Part shown: positions 52,108 to 64,000 of the stretch, in pieces | Layout of the letters: each line of letters begins with the position of its first letter | How positions within the stretch are numbered: the first letter of the stretch is position 1 | Origin: Octopus sinensis | Lineage: Eukaryota | Assembly (NCBI RefSeq): GCF_006345805.1 | Contig: NC_043009.1 | Location: forward strand, 65,720,001 to 65,784,000 | Length of the DNA: 64,000 nucleotides | Direction of reading: 5' to 3' | Notes under the pieces: generated by a model | What the model was told of the DNA's origin: nothing | Seen by the model: only the letters and a program-made list of their open reading frames with translations | Databases searched by the model: none | Made by a program: the position numbers and the translations under genes

Positions 52108-53823
52108 ACACACACTCGAGCACATAACTGCAAAACACACTGTCATATTTATTTGAATAGAATTCCTTTTCCACAATTCGAATTTCTCACTACAGTAATC
52201 ATCAGTTCTCCACTAAGGGGCGTGTATTTGAGAAGGAAGTAATGGCAATATAGATGAGTTTGATTGAAGCTTTATCTATTTAAGAATAGAGAACAGATAA
52301 TCGATGGAATGACAATACACATAACTCAACAGGAACGCTGAACGGTGTGAAGCTTTTCTGGGTTTGAAGGATCCATTAAAGGATTACATCAATAATAACT
52401 TTTGCAATTTTGTTACTCAGTTCCTTTTATCCTTTCGGGTGCGTTGAAACAAGTACCAGTTGAATACAACTTCAGGTCTTGTGCCAATAGTAGAAAAGAT
52501 TACGTATAAGGGAAAGATGAGTTGGTCGCTGTTGGAGCATACTTTATCTATAGGGCTGGTGAATCAAGGCCCACATCTTTTGTTTCAGCGAGCCACTGAG
52601 GGTTCTGATTTTTCTTCCCGAAAGTAAAAGAGGTTGTAGTGCATGCTGGTCCATTACACTCACGTAGATTAGGAATCCAGTGATTATTAAGAATGATATC
52701 TTTGGTTGCATGAGACCCGAATCTAAACAGTTATACACGGTCTGAAAGTATGCACTCAGAAATTAAAGTAACCGAGAGAATGTAGAACTAAGTTTTCTAC
52801 TGACAATCGCAAACGATGCGGAACGTTCTGAAAAAACGTCTTCTAACATAGCCTTGGATCAAACAAAACTTTATAAATGAAAATTTGAGTACAGATTCTG
52901 TGTGGAAACCTATTGGGGGTACTGTCCTTTTGTTTGGGTGGTAGTTATAATAGTGATTGGTGTTAATGCCATCAGATTTGTCATTTGGATACAATTAACA
53001 GATTCCACTCTGCCGCAAGCCTTTGGGGGTATGTTTCTGATTTAGGAATAAATTCTTTTCTTCCTGGACCTAATCAATCGCAAAAGCCCTGCAAAGTGTG
53101 TTGACCTTTTAACTAAATCATTGAAAAAAAAAAACAAACAAAAAAACTAATTGATAACAGGCTTCAACTCGCGACCGAATCGCATCAGGTTTGTTTCGTA
53201 TAGAATATTCGTTAGAGACATGGACGTCACAACCGACATGACTTTTCTCCGAAACAATCAATAGAAATACTCAGTCATTGATTAATTCGACTGATTAATG
53301 TAAACGAAGCAGAATTGTAAACACTTTGATTTTTCTGCTCGAATTAGTCAACATTTGTGAGTTGATTCTAGTTTCATAGAGTTAACTGTGTCCAACAAGA
53401 TGCTGTGAATGAGTACACACACACGCACACACACACACACACGTGCTCGCACACACACCTCTGGTGAAATCGCGTGGCTTAGTGGATAGGATGTTGCACT
53501 CACGATGCGCGAGATTGTGGACTCAATTCTCAGACTGGGCGTTAGATTTTATTCTTGAAAACAAAAATTCACTTCATTTCACTTTGCTTGGAGGTCACTT
53601 CGATACCTGGTGTGTGGCTCATTTTGTACCTGTACAGGTAATGTCGATTTGATGGAGAGAGGGAACTAATGCGCAGCACAGGCATTTGATCTCTATGAGC
53701 AAATCATTTGTACATATTTTGCAGTAAATGGTTGCAGAAAATTGATCTGTTGTCTACGACAAGGGAATCCACTGTGCACTTATGTATATATATATATTGG
53801 CAAGCATACATGTACATTCTTTC

Positions 53824-53869
<46 letters not shown>

Positions 53870-54023
53870 GGTCGAAGACTACATTCTACATAAAGGTCTT
53901 ATAAATATAAGTAACCAGACGACATTCTTTGTTAAACTGAGACCCCCACCACCACCACCACTATTTCCTCTGCTACTCTCTAAATTACAGTGGGCTTGAT
54001 GTGTATGCATTGCTTTCTAAACT

Positions 54024-54058
<35 letters not shown>

Positions 54059-54299
54059 GATATTATATATATATATATGTGTGTGTAGAGAGAGAGAGAG
54101 AGGAAAGAGTGAGAGTAACAGACAGATAGACAGAGATAGTCAGGGAGAAAAAGAAAGATTTATAAATGCATGTAGGTATGAAAGAACGCATGTATGTATG
54201 TCATTATTCAGTTTATTTCAGGATTTCTTGCTAATAAAGAACCGGTTTCTAACCTGGACTCAGGCTTCATTCATTGGAATTTCCACATCAACAACAAGG

Positions 54300-54560
54300 T
54301 ATGTATGTATGTATGTATGTATGTATGTATGTATGTATGTATGTATGTATGTATGTATGTATGTATGTATGTATGTATGTATATGTGTGTGTGGGTGTAT
54401 GTATGTATGTATGTATGTATGTGTGTATGTGTGTATATATGTGTGTATGTATGTATTTATGTATGTGTGTATGTGTGTGTATGTATGTATGTATATGTGT
54501 ATGTGTGTATTTATGTATGTATGTATGTATGTATGTATGTATGCATATATGCATGCATGT
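54300..54560. repeat. (TATG)n microsatellite
   Basis: Directly visible. Confidence 0.95.
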
Positions 54561-54579
54561 TTTGTATGTGCAGATATGT

Positions 54580-55010
54580 ATGGTTTATGACAAAAATGAC
54601 ACCGTGCAGTATATTGACGCTACCTTCATTCAGCAGGTACCATCTTAATCCAGATGGTTCCGACAAGTCAGAGCCATTATAGACGACGTTGATGATACTG
54701 CAGACTATCCAACAGATTCAGAATTGTCTTCACACCACTGCTGTCCCTCCTCCCCATCTGCAACAAAAAGTAGCAGCACCTTTTATATTGGCAACGTAAT
54801 TGGTTACAACAAAAACTCTGTGATGGTTCAGCGCTAGCCGTCAAAAGTTTAATGCCTGGTGTTATAAACTCCACCATCAGGACGGTTCGTGCCAGAGAAG
54901 ATGGTTTCATTTCATGCATATTCTTCATCCCGTTTCAATTGACCACCTTCAGTTCCCAATGACATTTTTTCCTATAACCAGAAACAGTCGCCCAGGTTTG
55001 CTGGAATTGA
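54580..55010 (+). mobile_element. Helitron helicase (PIF1-like) remnant
   Basis: Across frameshifts: KNDTV..I...IQQVP, DDTADYPT, VPPPHLQQKVAAPFIL, KLCDGSALAVKSLMPGVI, PFQ...LQFP. These match the Helitron motifs NYPTEFLN / PPH.L.LKVG.P / LCNGTRL / LQFP. Confidence 0.8.
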
Positions 55011-55979
55011 ATTAAACACACACACACATATATATACATACATACATACATACATACATACATACATACATACATACATACATACTTGTATACGTGTAGT
55101 CTATTTACTAATTATATACTATTTATTTCGTACTTTATTTAATTCTGGGTAAATATCTTATCGTATCTTTAATTTTTTTTCTATATATAGTATGATTTAA
55201 GTATATCATTGTTGAATTGCTACATGGTGGTTCTTCTCTAATATATATATATATATATATACTATATATATATATATATATATATATATCAAAAGTTAGA
55301 GAATAATTTCTATGTCAATAAACCACTATCGTTCCTGAAATTGTTTCTTATATCTTCTACGAACTGCTCGAAGCTTCTTAGCTTCCGATACGTTGATCCT
55401 TGAATTTTACTTTCACTTACCATATATATATATATATATAAACCATGAAAATAGCATTTTTTTGAAGCGACAAAAATTAAAACTCTTAATCAACACAGAT
55501 TTGACAGCTCCCTCAACAGATTGCAGAAACCTTCACAAATTTAACTTAAGATATGTGTCTGCATGAGAATAATAATATATGCACATCTAATTATGTATAA
55601 AATTAACGATATAAAACATTGTTATAGGATAAGTTTTTAACATAATTATGATCATTGACAATTTAAGCAAGCAAGCATAAATGAAATAAACAGGATGATG
55701 GTGTCATGTTGTTGTTGCTGTTGTTGTTGTCTAGTCCTGTTTGCGTTGGCCTGCACTCAAGTTTTCTTGACGGAACCGTCCCATTTATTTGTGTACATGT
55801 GTATGTGAGAGAGAGAGAGAATGACAGAAAGAAAGTCTGGGAAAAGGAGAGCGAGTGAGAGAGAGAGAAGGTGTGCGTGTGTGTGCATGGATTTCTCGTG
55901 TTAGAGAAAGATTCCATATTGATTCATGATATTGGAATATTCTGGAAGTAATATATACTGAAGATAACTTACTGTTTTT

Positions 55980-56470
55980 GTGCAGATCCTTGCATTACTG
56001 TATTGATAAATATCCTCATTGATGCGTAATAGCATTGGTAAAGATTCCTTTGGTACATAATTGTGTTGGTAAATATCCTTGTTGGTACATAATCGCATTG
56101 GTAAATATCCATTTGGTACATTGTTGTGATGGTAAGTAAATATCCTTGTTGGCACATCATTCTTCGTAGATTTCCTTGGTAATTATATATTTTGATATTT
56201 ATATTTAAAGACAGATATCCATAGAGGTAAATATCCAGAGAAGAAATTTCCAAATCGGTATAAATCCTTGGAGACGTAAATCCAAAAAACGGTAATTTCA
56301 AAATACATCCTATGAGTTGTATATCATTAAAGACAAGTATCCAAAGACGAATATATCATTATAGGTAGATATCCATTATAGGTAGATATTATAGGCGTAT
56401 ATCCTGAGAAAAAGAGAAACCCATTGTCAAAGTAGCACGTTTCATTAAAGACAAATATCCAAACAAGGTA
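55980..56470. repeat. Degenerate ~16-35 bp repeat array around GGATATYTRYC (minus strand)
   Basis: Ten clear (A/G)TATCC cores on the plus strand, ending near 56015, 56078, 56110, 56145, 56220, 56236, 56342, 56374, 56404 and 56460. Confidence 0.7.
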
Positions 56471-59289
56471 CCTAGCCGGAGTGAGGGAGAAGGAGAAAGA
56501 GATCGAAAGGGGTTCGTTCATATCTTCAAAAGGCTACGCATTCTTTCAAGTTTGGAGACAAATATTTTTTCAGCTACATATGTTTAAAGATACATATTCC
56601 TTAGAATTACGTGCCCTAAACGATGTGTTTTATTTTCTTTTGTGTTACATATCAGAAGTATACAATAGATGTCCTACATACTCCGGTAGGTGTCCAACGT
56701 ATCGTTAGAGCTATATGCCGGTAAGTTTATTCTAGATTTTAAGAGGTATCTCATAATTGCCCTCATAAGTACATGATATATATTTTTTGTTGGCACTCGT
56801 ATTTATCGATAGCTATGATATCGTTTGAGGTACGTATCCATTCTGTTAAATATACCTGGTAGTAAAAATTTTTGTGTGGGCGTGAGATATTAGATTTAGT
56901 AATTATTTTTTGTAGTGTTGGAGTGAAATAAAATTTCCATATTTTTTCTAGGTTTTCATAAATTAAGGTAAATGTCAGCCTAATGATTAATTAGTAAATA
57001 TGACTTACTGTAGGTGAGTGCTTGAGGGCAAATTTTGCTGAAGGATAAATTTTGCAAAAGAACAGAATTTTGAAGAATGGTATATGACTTTTGGAGGAGA
57101 CGCCAAAATGGTGCCAAAACGGTGATGGGAATGAAGTAAAGGCAGCACAGGAAGTTTCTCAAACTTAGAGAAGCAAAGATGTAGGAGAGGTAAAGATGTG
57201 TAAGCTATTGAAAATATTAAAGTGAACTCGGCGACTTTTCCGTAATTAATGTATGAATCCTTAAAGAATTAATTTTAAATTGGTTTTTCTTTGTTTTATA
57301 AGTGTTTTCTTCTGTTTCCTTCCTTACTTCCGTTTCCGTCCTCATTTTGAAATATCCTTACTGTTAAACTGTATTAAGAAATCTCAAAGGTCATAAATCG
57401 CCATTTCATACATGATGTTGGTGTTGTTGTTGTTATTGGTTTGGCTCAGGTTCGGTCTTATACCTGGTAGGATTTCTGTGGGTAGCAAGTCACTACCTGT
57501 AACCTTAGGTATCCACAAGTTTCTAGTAGTCTTTTTTAAGTGCTTAGAACCCTGTTGATAATCTCTGAGTTATAAATGTAAATTAACGTCCATGAATGTC
57601 ACTCGGTTAAATTGATAAGCTGGCATTTCAATTTCTTCTGTTGCATTTTCATCTCTACCAAGTACACAGCTACGAAACATGTAGCGTTATAAGTCACATG
57701 TAGTGATATATGAATATATCTACATTCTGGTATAAATACTTTTAAGTATGTCTACAATCTGTATTACCAATTACTTTTGAATAAGACTTTCCATTTTTTC
57801 CTACATGAATATCTTCTTATCGTTACAGGAATATAAAGAATCTGACGTAAAAGTCTCTATATCGAGCATTTATCATTCAGAACTCATCAGATATTTCGAC
57901 ATGAGGTTAGTTTATTCATTTTTTTCCTTTTCTTTTTTTTTTACTGTTTTCGAATTACGAGTTACATTCTAGCAGTTGTGTGTGTGCGCGTGTCTAAATG
58001 TATGTATATGTATATGCCCATTCATATAACAGATTCTACAACATATTTTGTTCATGTGTAATACATACAACATTCAGTTTTGATTTCGTTGTTGATTTTC
58101 TTTTTAAAACATTCCAGAAAGATTTGCTTTCAAACAAATAAGCGTCCATATTTTCTATTATTCCACCAAGAAACATTTTTCACATAATATCCATGATTAT
58201 ATCCTCGTATGGATTTTCCCTCTGAAATGCACGGTTTTCCAGCTTGCAACAGAATTTCCGACATATTATTTTGCTTTTCTGAATAAGTAAACAATTTAAA
58301 CATATATCCTGTTTGTGGTATATGTAATTTCTTTTTTTGATATCCCATATTATATGTGATGTGTCTGATATGCCATACTATATATTGTTGAATAGAACAT
58401 GTGTATAATTGATATCATTTATATGCCCATCGCGATAAAGTTTAGAAATTCAGATTCCATAACAGATATCTATCGTCTGAATGTGTGTGTGTTTGGTTAT
58501 ATAAATTTAGATACATATGTGTGTGTATGTATGTGTATATATATATATAACAGATATGTATTTATAAATAGATATAATATACATAAATATATACGTATAT
58601 ATATATATATGTTTATATATAACCAAGAAAAAAGCAACAAGAATGGATATATATATATAATATATATTTCTGTTGAATATCATATTTCATGCGTATATCA
58701 TTTTTAACATATAATCCATGTAAAGTGTTATCCTCTACGATAACATGATGTAGATTTTTTTTATTACGAGGCAGCTTCCATACGGTCTAGTCTAGAAACA
58801 GCAGTTAAATCCTCCCTAATCACATCCCATTGTCTTAAAGGAGGAAGGATATATATAAAGATGTTGTATTCTAAGATACACTATGCCAGTCGATCAAGAT
58901 TGATTTCAAGCCATACCACAGCGATGACAATGACAGTATCTTTAACCATGTTATACTTTGAATATCCTATTTCATTTGTATATCTTTTTGCCGTGTATAA
59001 TCCGTGAATCTTTTCGGACTCTTCGCAGTTATAATATGTACGTATGTTTTATATAACATATCATGAGTTAATTTCCTCTTAAAATCTATATTTTTTAATG
59101 ACATTGTTTTCTTTTCTCCAAAGACCAAAATGTACTTTTCTATTATGGCTGACTTCTTGGGAAGATAAAAAAAGAAGCTGCAATCCATCACGCTTCCTTC
59201 AGAGTCTTCGACATTAATAGAACCATTGGAGACTTGATCTATATTCAGGTAACAGACTGGGCTTCGCTGAGGGTACTCAAGGCTCGGAT

Positions 59290-59690
59290 GTTGTTGTTGC
59301 TACTGCTGGTAGTGGTGGTGGTGGGGACCTGTTGTTGTTGTTGTTGTTGTTGGTGGTTGTTGTTGACGTTGTTGTTGATGTTGGTGGTGGTGGTAGTTGA
59401 TGTTGGTGGTGGTTGTTGTTGTCGTTGGTATTGTGGTTGTTGTTGTTGGTGGTGATGGTTGTTGTTGTTGATGTTGGTAGTGGTGGTGGCTGTTGATGGT
59501 GGTGGTGGTGGTGATTGTTGTTGTCGATGTTGATGGTGGTCCTGGTCGTGATGGTCATGATGGTTGGTGGTGGTTGTGGTCATCGTCGTCGTTATGGTTG
59601 TAGTAATCGTAGTGGTCGTCATCATGGTTGTTGGTGGTCGCAGTGGTGGTCGTCGACGTGGAGGTTGGTCGTGGCTGGTGACGGTGGTGG
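59290..59690. repeat. Cryptic trinucleotide repeat (GTT/GGT/GAT)
   Basis: Mixed trinucleotides with frequent phase shifts. Confidence 0.9.
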
Positions 59691-60090
59691 CTTCAGAAAA
59701 GCGGTCGGTGCGAACGGTTTAGCTCATCCAAGACAGGACATGGCAGAACGAAGTTACAGCCTGAATAAGAATTCCAAGACTCTCCATGTTGCCCACGTGA
59801 CCCAACGAATTGCAATGGCATCAATTCACTCGTACAAAAGAGTTCCAATGTTAAATAACATCGAATGCAAATAGCCTTTTAGTTTTTCATGACGAAATCG
59901 ATTTCAAGTTTCGATTGTTCGCTTTTTTATATTACTGTTGTGGTTCTTGTTGTGGTGGTGGTTATTGTTGTTGCTGCTGATGTTGTTGTTGTTATTAGAG
60001 CTTTTTTTGTTTGTTTTCTTTTCACTTTCTAGTTGCAAATTCATGAACTCTGCATAGTATGCCCGAGCAAACCTACATCTAAACACAAAT

Positions 60091-60137
<47 letters not shown>

Positions 60138-60639
60138 GATCCAAACACACAGTACACGTACACACAAACTTACATCAATACATGAATGCACACACACACA
60201 CACACACATACACACACACAATTATAAAATAAACATCAGTGCACAAAACACGAATGATTAAACACAAATCCAAAGAGGCGAATACACATACACTAAAACT
60301 TAGATGAACACACAAACAAACACACACACACACAGAAGCTTGGACCAACACACACACACACACACACACGCACACACACACACACAGAAGCATGAACCAA
60401 CACACACACACACGCACACATGTGTGTCACTTGGTTATCAAATACAAAAAACAGAAAAAGTTAACATCTTGTGAACAAGAGAAGTTATTGAATAAAATAT
60501 CAGAGTTCTTTCAAATATTTATTTGATAACAATTAGTTGCTGTTCGCTTCAAACACATCATTATTGATAAAGAACACAGAAAAATATTACTGTTGACAAG
60601 TCAAAATCTAAATTATATCCGACAGTGAATTATATATAA

Positions 60640-60679
<40 letters not shown>

Positions 60680-60795
60680 CATACATATACATTTATATAT
60701 ACCATATATATATACATACATGCATATATAATATATATATATATATACACACACATACAAAGATATACATCTATGTGTGTGTGCATGTATGCATA

Positions 60796-60852
<57 letters not shown>

Positions 60853-61150
60853 GTGTATGTATGTATGTATACACACACACACAAATGCACATACACAGAA
60901 ATATATGGCAATGGTTGCCGAGGTGAATAGTCACCAAAATAACACGTGGCAAATATTCAGATAGTCTCTGTTTCGTTCATCTGAGATCCGTTCTTTTACT
61001 TTCTTTGACTGACATACACAACAAGTCATAGCACCGAATACCGTTTGAATCGTTGTGCACTCTTTTTCATTAAATATCACGCGTAAATGAATTACGTTTC
61101 ATGTGTCTAAGTTGATAACCATTTCTATACGCGTGTGTATGTGTATATAT

Positions 61151-61404
61151 TCTTTTATCTTATTTCTTTCAGACGTTTGACTGCGGCCATGCTGGAGCAC
61201 TGCCTTTAGTCGAACGGATCGACCGCAGGACTTACTCTTCGTAAGCGTAGTACTTGTTCTATCGGTCTCTTTTGCAGAACCGCTTATTTACGGGGACGTA
61301 AACACACTAACATCGGTTGTCAAGCGATGCTGGGGGGAGAAACACAAACACACGGACTTATATATATGTCTGTGTGTATGAATGTACATGTATGTATATA
61401 TATA

Positions 61405-61464
<60 letters not shown>

Positions 61465-61657
61465 TTGTGTGTGTGTATAAATGTACATGTATATATATAC
61501 ATACACGACAGGCTTCTTTCAGTTTCCGTCTACCATATCCGCTCACAAGGGTTTGGGCGGTACCAGGTTATTGAAGACACTTGCCCAAGGTGCCACGCAG
61601 TGTGACTGAACCCGGAACCATGCGGCTGGTAAGAAAGCTACTTACTGCACAGCCACT
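61151..61657 (-). mobile_element. SINE family A with an expanded internal microsatellite
   Basis: TGACTGCGGCCATGCTGGAGCAC tail, (TA)/(TG) interior, and GACACTTGCCCAAGGTGCCACGCAG head. Confidence 0.88.
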
Positions 61658-61659
61658 CG

Positions 61660-61690
<31 letters not shown>

Positions 61691-62339
61691 CACACACACA
61701 TATATATATATATATATACACACATGCATATATGTATATATGCGTGTGTGTCTGAGTATGCATATATGTATGTATGTATGAGGACACATGCCTAGAGTTC
61801 AGAGTATTGTACTCACGACCACGAGATTGTGCTTTCAATTCCTAGACTGGGAGTTCAATTCCTATACCGGGTGGTCTAACTGTGATTACTTCGACTCCTA
61901 ATATGTGTTTTACACCGTGCTCTATAAGCAAAGCCTTTGTTCGTTCGGCAAAAAGCTGAACGCTCCGACGGGACAGTTAGGGTGAGGGTTATATATATAT
62001 ATCACCTAGGTTGACCAGACTGTCGAATGTTTGTTCACTATGCACATCAGTTTCTTTCCTCTGAGACTAAATCATTTAACAAAATTGACTTCATACCGTG
62101 GTGGATGCCTTCCGAGTGGCTTTTCCGAATACTTGGACGCCGGTAGGCAACTGCATGGGTCCGCCTACTATCTGTGAACCTTTCAACATGTCTATCCCAG
62201 CAAAACTTGTGTTTTCCGTATATTGCAGGAATCTAGATAGATAGACAGATAGATATATATATAGCCAGACAAATAGATAGATACATACATACATGCATGC
62301 ATGCATGCATACATACATACAGAAATCTTTTATGCTTAC

Positions 62340-62648
62340 CTTCCTGCAGTCAAATGAATCAACCCCAGAACCTGTCTTTAAAGCCTGCAACTTTTGTTCT
62401 AGGCTTATTTCGCCGAACCGCTAGGTAACGGGGATGTAAGCATACTAACATCGGTTGTTAAGCGGTGGAAGAGGACAAAGTGACAAAGTCACATATGCGC
62501 GCGCGCGACGAGATTCTTTCAGTTTCTGTCTACGAAATCCACTTACAGGTTTTTAGTCGGCCCGAAGCTATAGTAGAAAATATTTGCCTCAGGTGCCACA
62601 GAGTGGGACTGAACTCAGAACCATGTGGTCGAGAAGCTACACAGACAC
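62340..62648 (-). mobile_element. SINE family A, older copy
   Basis: CCGAACCGCTAGGTAACGGGG...TTCTTTCAGTTTCTGTCTAC...GTGGGACTGAACTCAGAACCATGTGG. Confidence 0.75.
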
Positions 62649-62658
62649 TTCTGTTCCT

Positions 62659-62697
<39 letters not shown>

Positions 62698-62874
62698 TTT
62701 AAAGTTTTAAACAAGTTTTTCCAAGAATACCGTCTGGGTAACCAGTGCTTCGTGAAGGAATCTGGGGAAAAGCATGTTATGTCACCAACATGTAAATCGA
62801 TTTTATCGTAAGCTTTCTGATATTTATCGACTATTCACGGTACTAGATTATGATCTACAAAACGTTTAGCCGAA

Positions 62875-62904
<30 letters not shown>

Positions 62905-62908
<4 letters not shown>

Positions 62909-63537
62909 TAGTTTTATTTTTATAGCGTGCTTTCACTTCACTACCGAGCGCAGCTCTGTGTGCCTTGGGTATGTGCTGTGATTTGTTGTGATGCTCTGAT
63001 GGTTATTGTATGGAAAGTGTTCTGCGTAGGATGTGTGCAGTGCCTAGTAGTGCAATTTTCCGTATGTTATATGTGTTTGTAAGTCCTGGTGTTTTTGTTA
63101 TGTATTTGTCTGAATATTTTTTTATCATGCCTAATGCACCTACTATGATAGGAATTGTTTCTGTTTTCAGGTTCCACATTCTAGTTATCTCTATTTCCAG
63201 GTCTTTGTATTTTGAGAGTTTCTCCATTTCTTTTAGAGACACGTTGTCATCTGCCGGTATTGATACATCAATTAGAAAGCATTTTTTTTCTTCATGATCT
63301 CTGACAACTATATCTGGTCTGTTGGCCTTAATTTCTCTATCTGTGTGTATCGGCATATCCCAGAGTATGGTTGCTTTCTCGTTTTCTGTGACCTTTTCTG
63401 GTGTGTGCCTATACCATCTTTTTTCTGTTGTTATTCCATAATGTTGGCATAGCTTCCAATGTATGTAGGTTCCAACTCTGTCATGTCTGTGAATATATTC
63501 CTTCTTAGCCAGGACTGGGCAGCTAGAGATAATATGA
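62905..63537 (-). mobile_element. Young Dong/R4 LINE 3' fragment with an uninterrupted endonuclease frame, flanked by (TAA)n
   Basis: SSCPVLAKKEYIHRHD...ILWDMPIHTDREIKANRPDIVVRD...FLIDVSIP..EKLSKYKDL...IALLGTAHILRR: open from ~63530 to 63003. Confidence 0.93.
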
Positions 63538-63541
63538 TTTA

Positions 63542-63610
<69 letters not shown>

Positions 63611-63611
<1 letters not shown>

Positions 63612-64000
63612 TTTGCACAGCTTCTAACGCTGGAGATGTCAGCTGTTCACTGCTAGTGAACTAAAGTAACAGCTCTTATTTTTCGAGCACCTTCCGGAGT
63701 ATTCGAGCGGTTCCAAGCAGTGCTGTTTTCTGCAAGTGCTCCAACCTTATCGCAGCCCCTAATTGTTCCACGTACTTCTCAAGAGTTTTGCTCACTGTTC
63801 CCAGGACTCCGACAATTATTGGTACTACTGCTACCTTTTTCATCGACCACAACTGCCTAACTTCCCAAGCTAACCTGTCATATCTCTCGAATTTTCTTTC
63901 TTCCATATCGCATACCTTGTTGTCAGCAGGGCATGCTATATCTATGATCGAGCATAGTTTGTTTTCTTTCTCAATTAAGACTATGTCCGGCTTTCTATTC
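63611..64000 (-). mobile_element. Dong/R4 LINE 3' end (continues beyond the window)
   Basis: KPDIVLIEK...IIDIACPAD...KTALLGTARILRKVLEK*; 3' UTR shared with 19994-20060. Confidence 0.92.

Noticed and set aside
54580-54660. VYDKNDTVQYIDATF looked like a cadherin DxNDN linker
   Set aside because: Adjacent frames give clear Helitron helicase motifs, which explain it better.
55980-56470. Reflectin or ankyrin identity for the Tyr/Gly-rich repeat
   Set aside because: No MD-x5-MD reflectin motif, and the period (10-11 aa) is too short for ankyrin.
59245-59625. Gln/Asn/Thr-rich ORF as a prion-like protein
   Set aside because: Repeat phase shifts several times, so no single frame keeps the composition; similar tracts at 21080-21260 and 46900-47060 look non-coding.

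Overview
Eukaryotic (animal) AT-rich intergenic or intronic DNA, very dense in microsatellites and transposons. The tRNA-derived SINE families, Dong/R4, RTE and CR1 LINEs and the 'YHCDICGK' style C2H2 fingers point to an octopus (cephalopod) genome; this is inferred from recalled families, not from a search. I find no intact host protein-coding gene, rRNA, true tRNA or CRISPR array, and most listed ORFs are translated microsatellites. Recognisable content: a full-length decayed FLYWCH-MULE transposon with TIRs, TSD and two nested insertions; an RTE LINE with a twin-priming-type 5' inversion and a perfect 11-bp TSD; a 5'-truncated CR1 that shares its 3' tail with the commonest SINE; Dong/R4 LINE fragments lying in (TAA)n tracts; two Helitrons with both termini plus a third helicase remnant; mariner remnants and several MITEs; Penelope-like termini with minimal hammerhead ribozyme motifs; and a C2H2 zinc-finger pseudogene. 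The least explained part is a repeat-poor island at 55.9-59.3 kb with broken reading frames and a degenerate G-Y-L-[P/S] repeat. All coordinates were read by eye; SINE boundaries are approximate (+/-10-20 bp).
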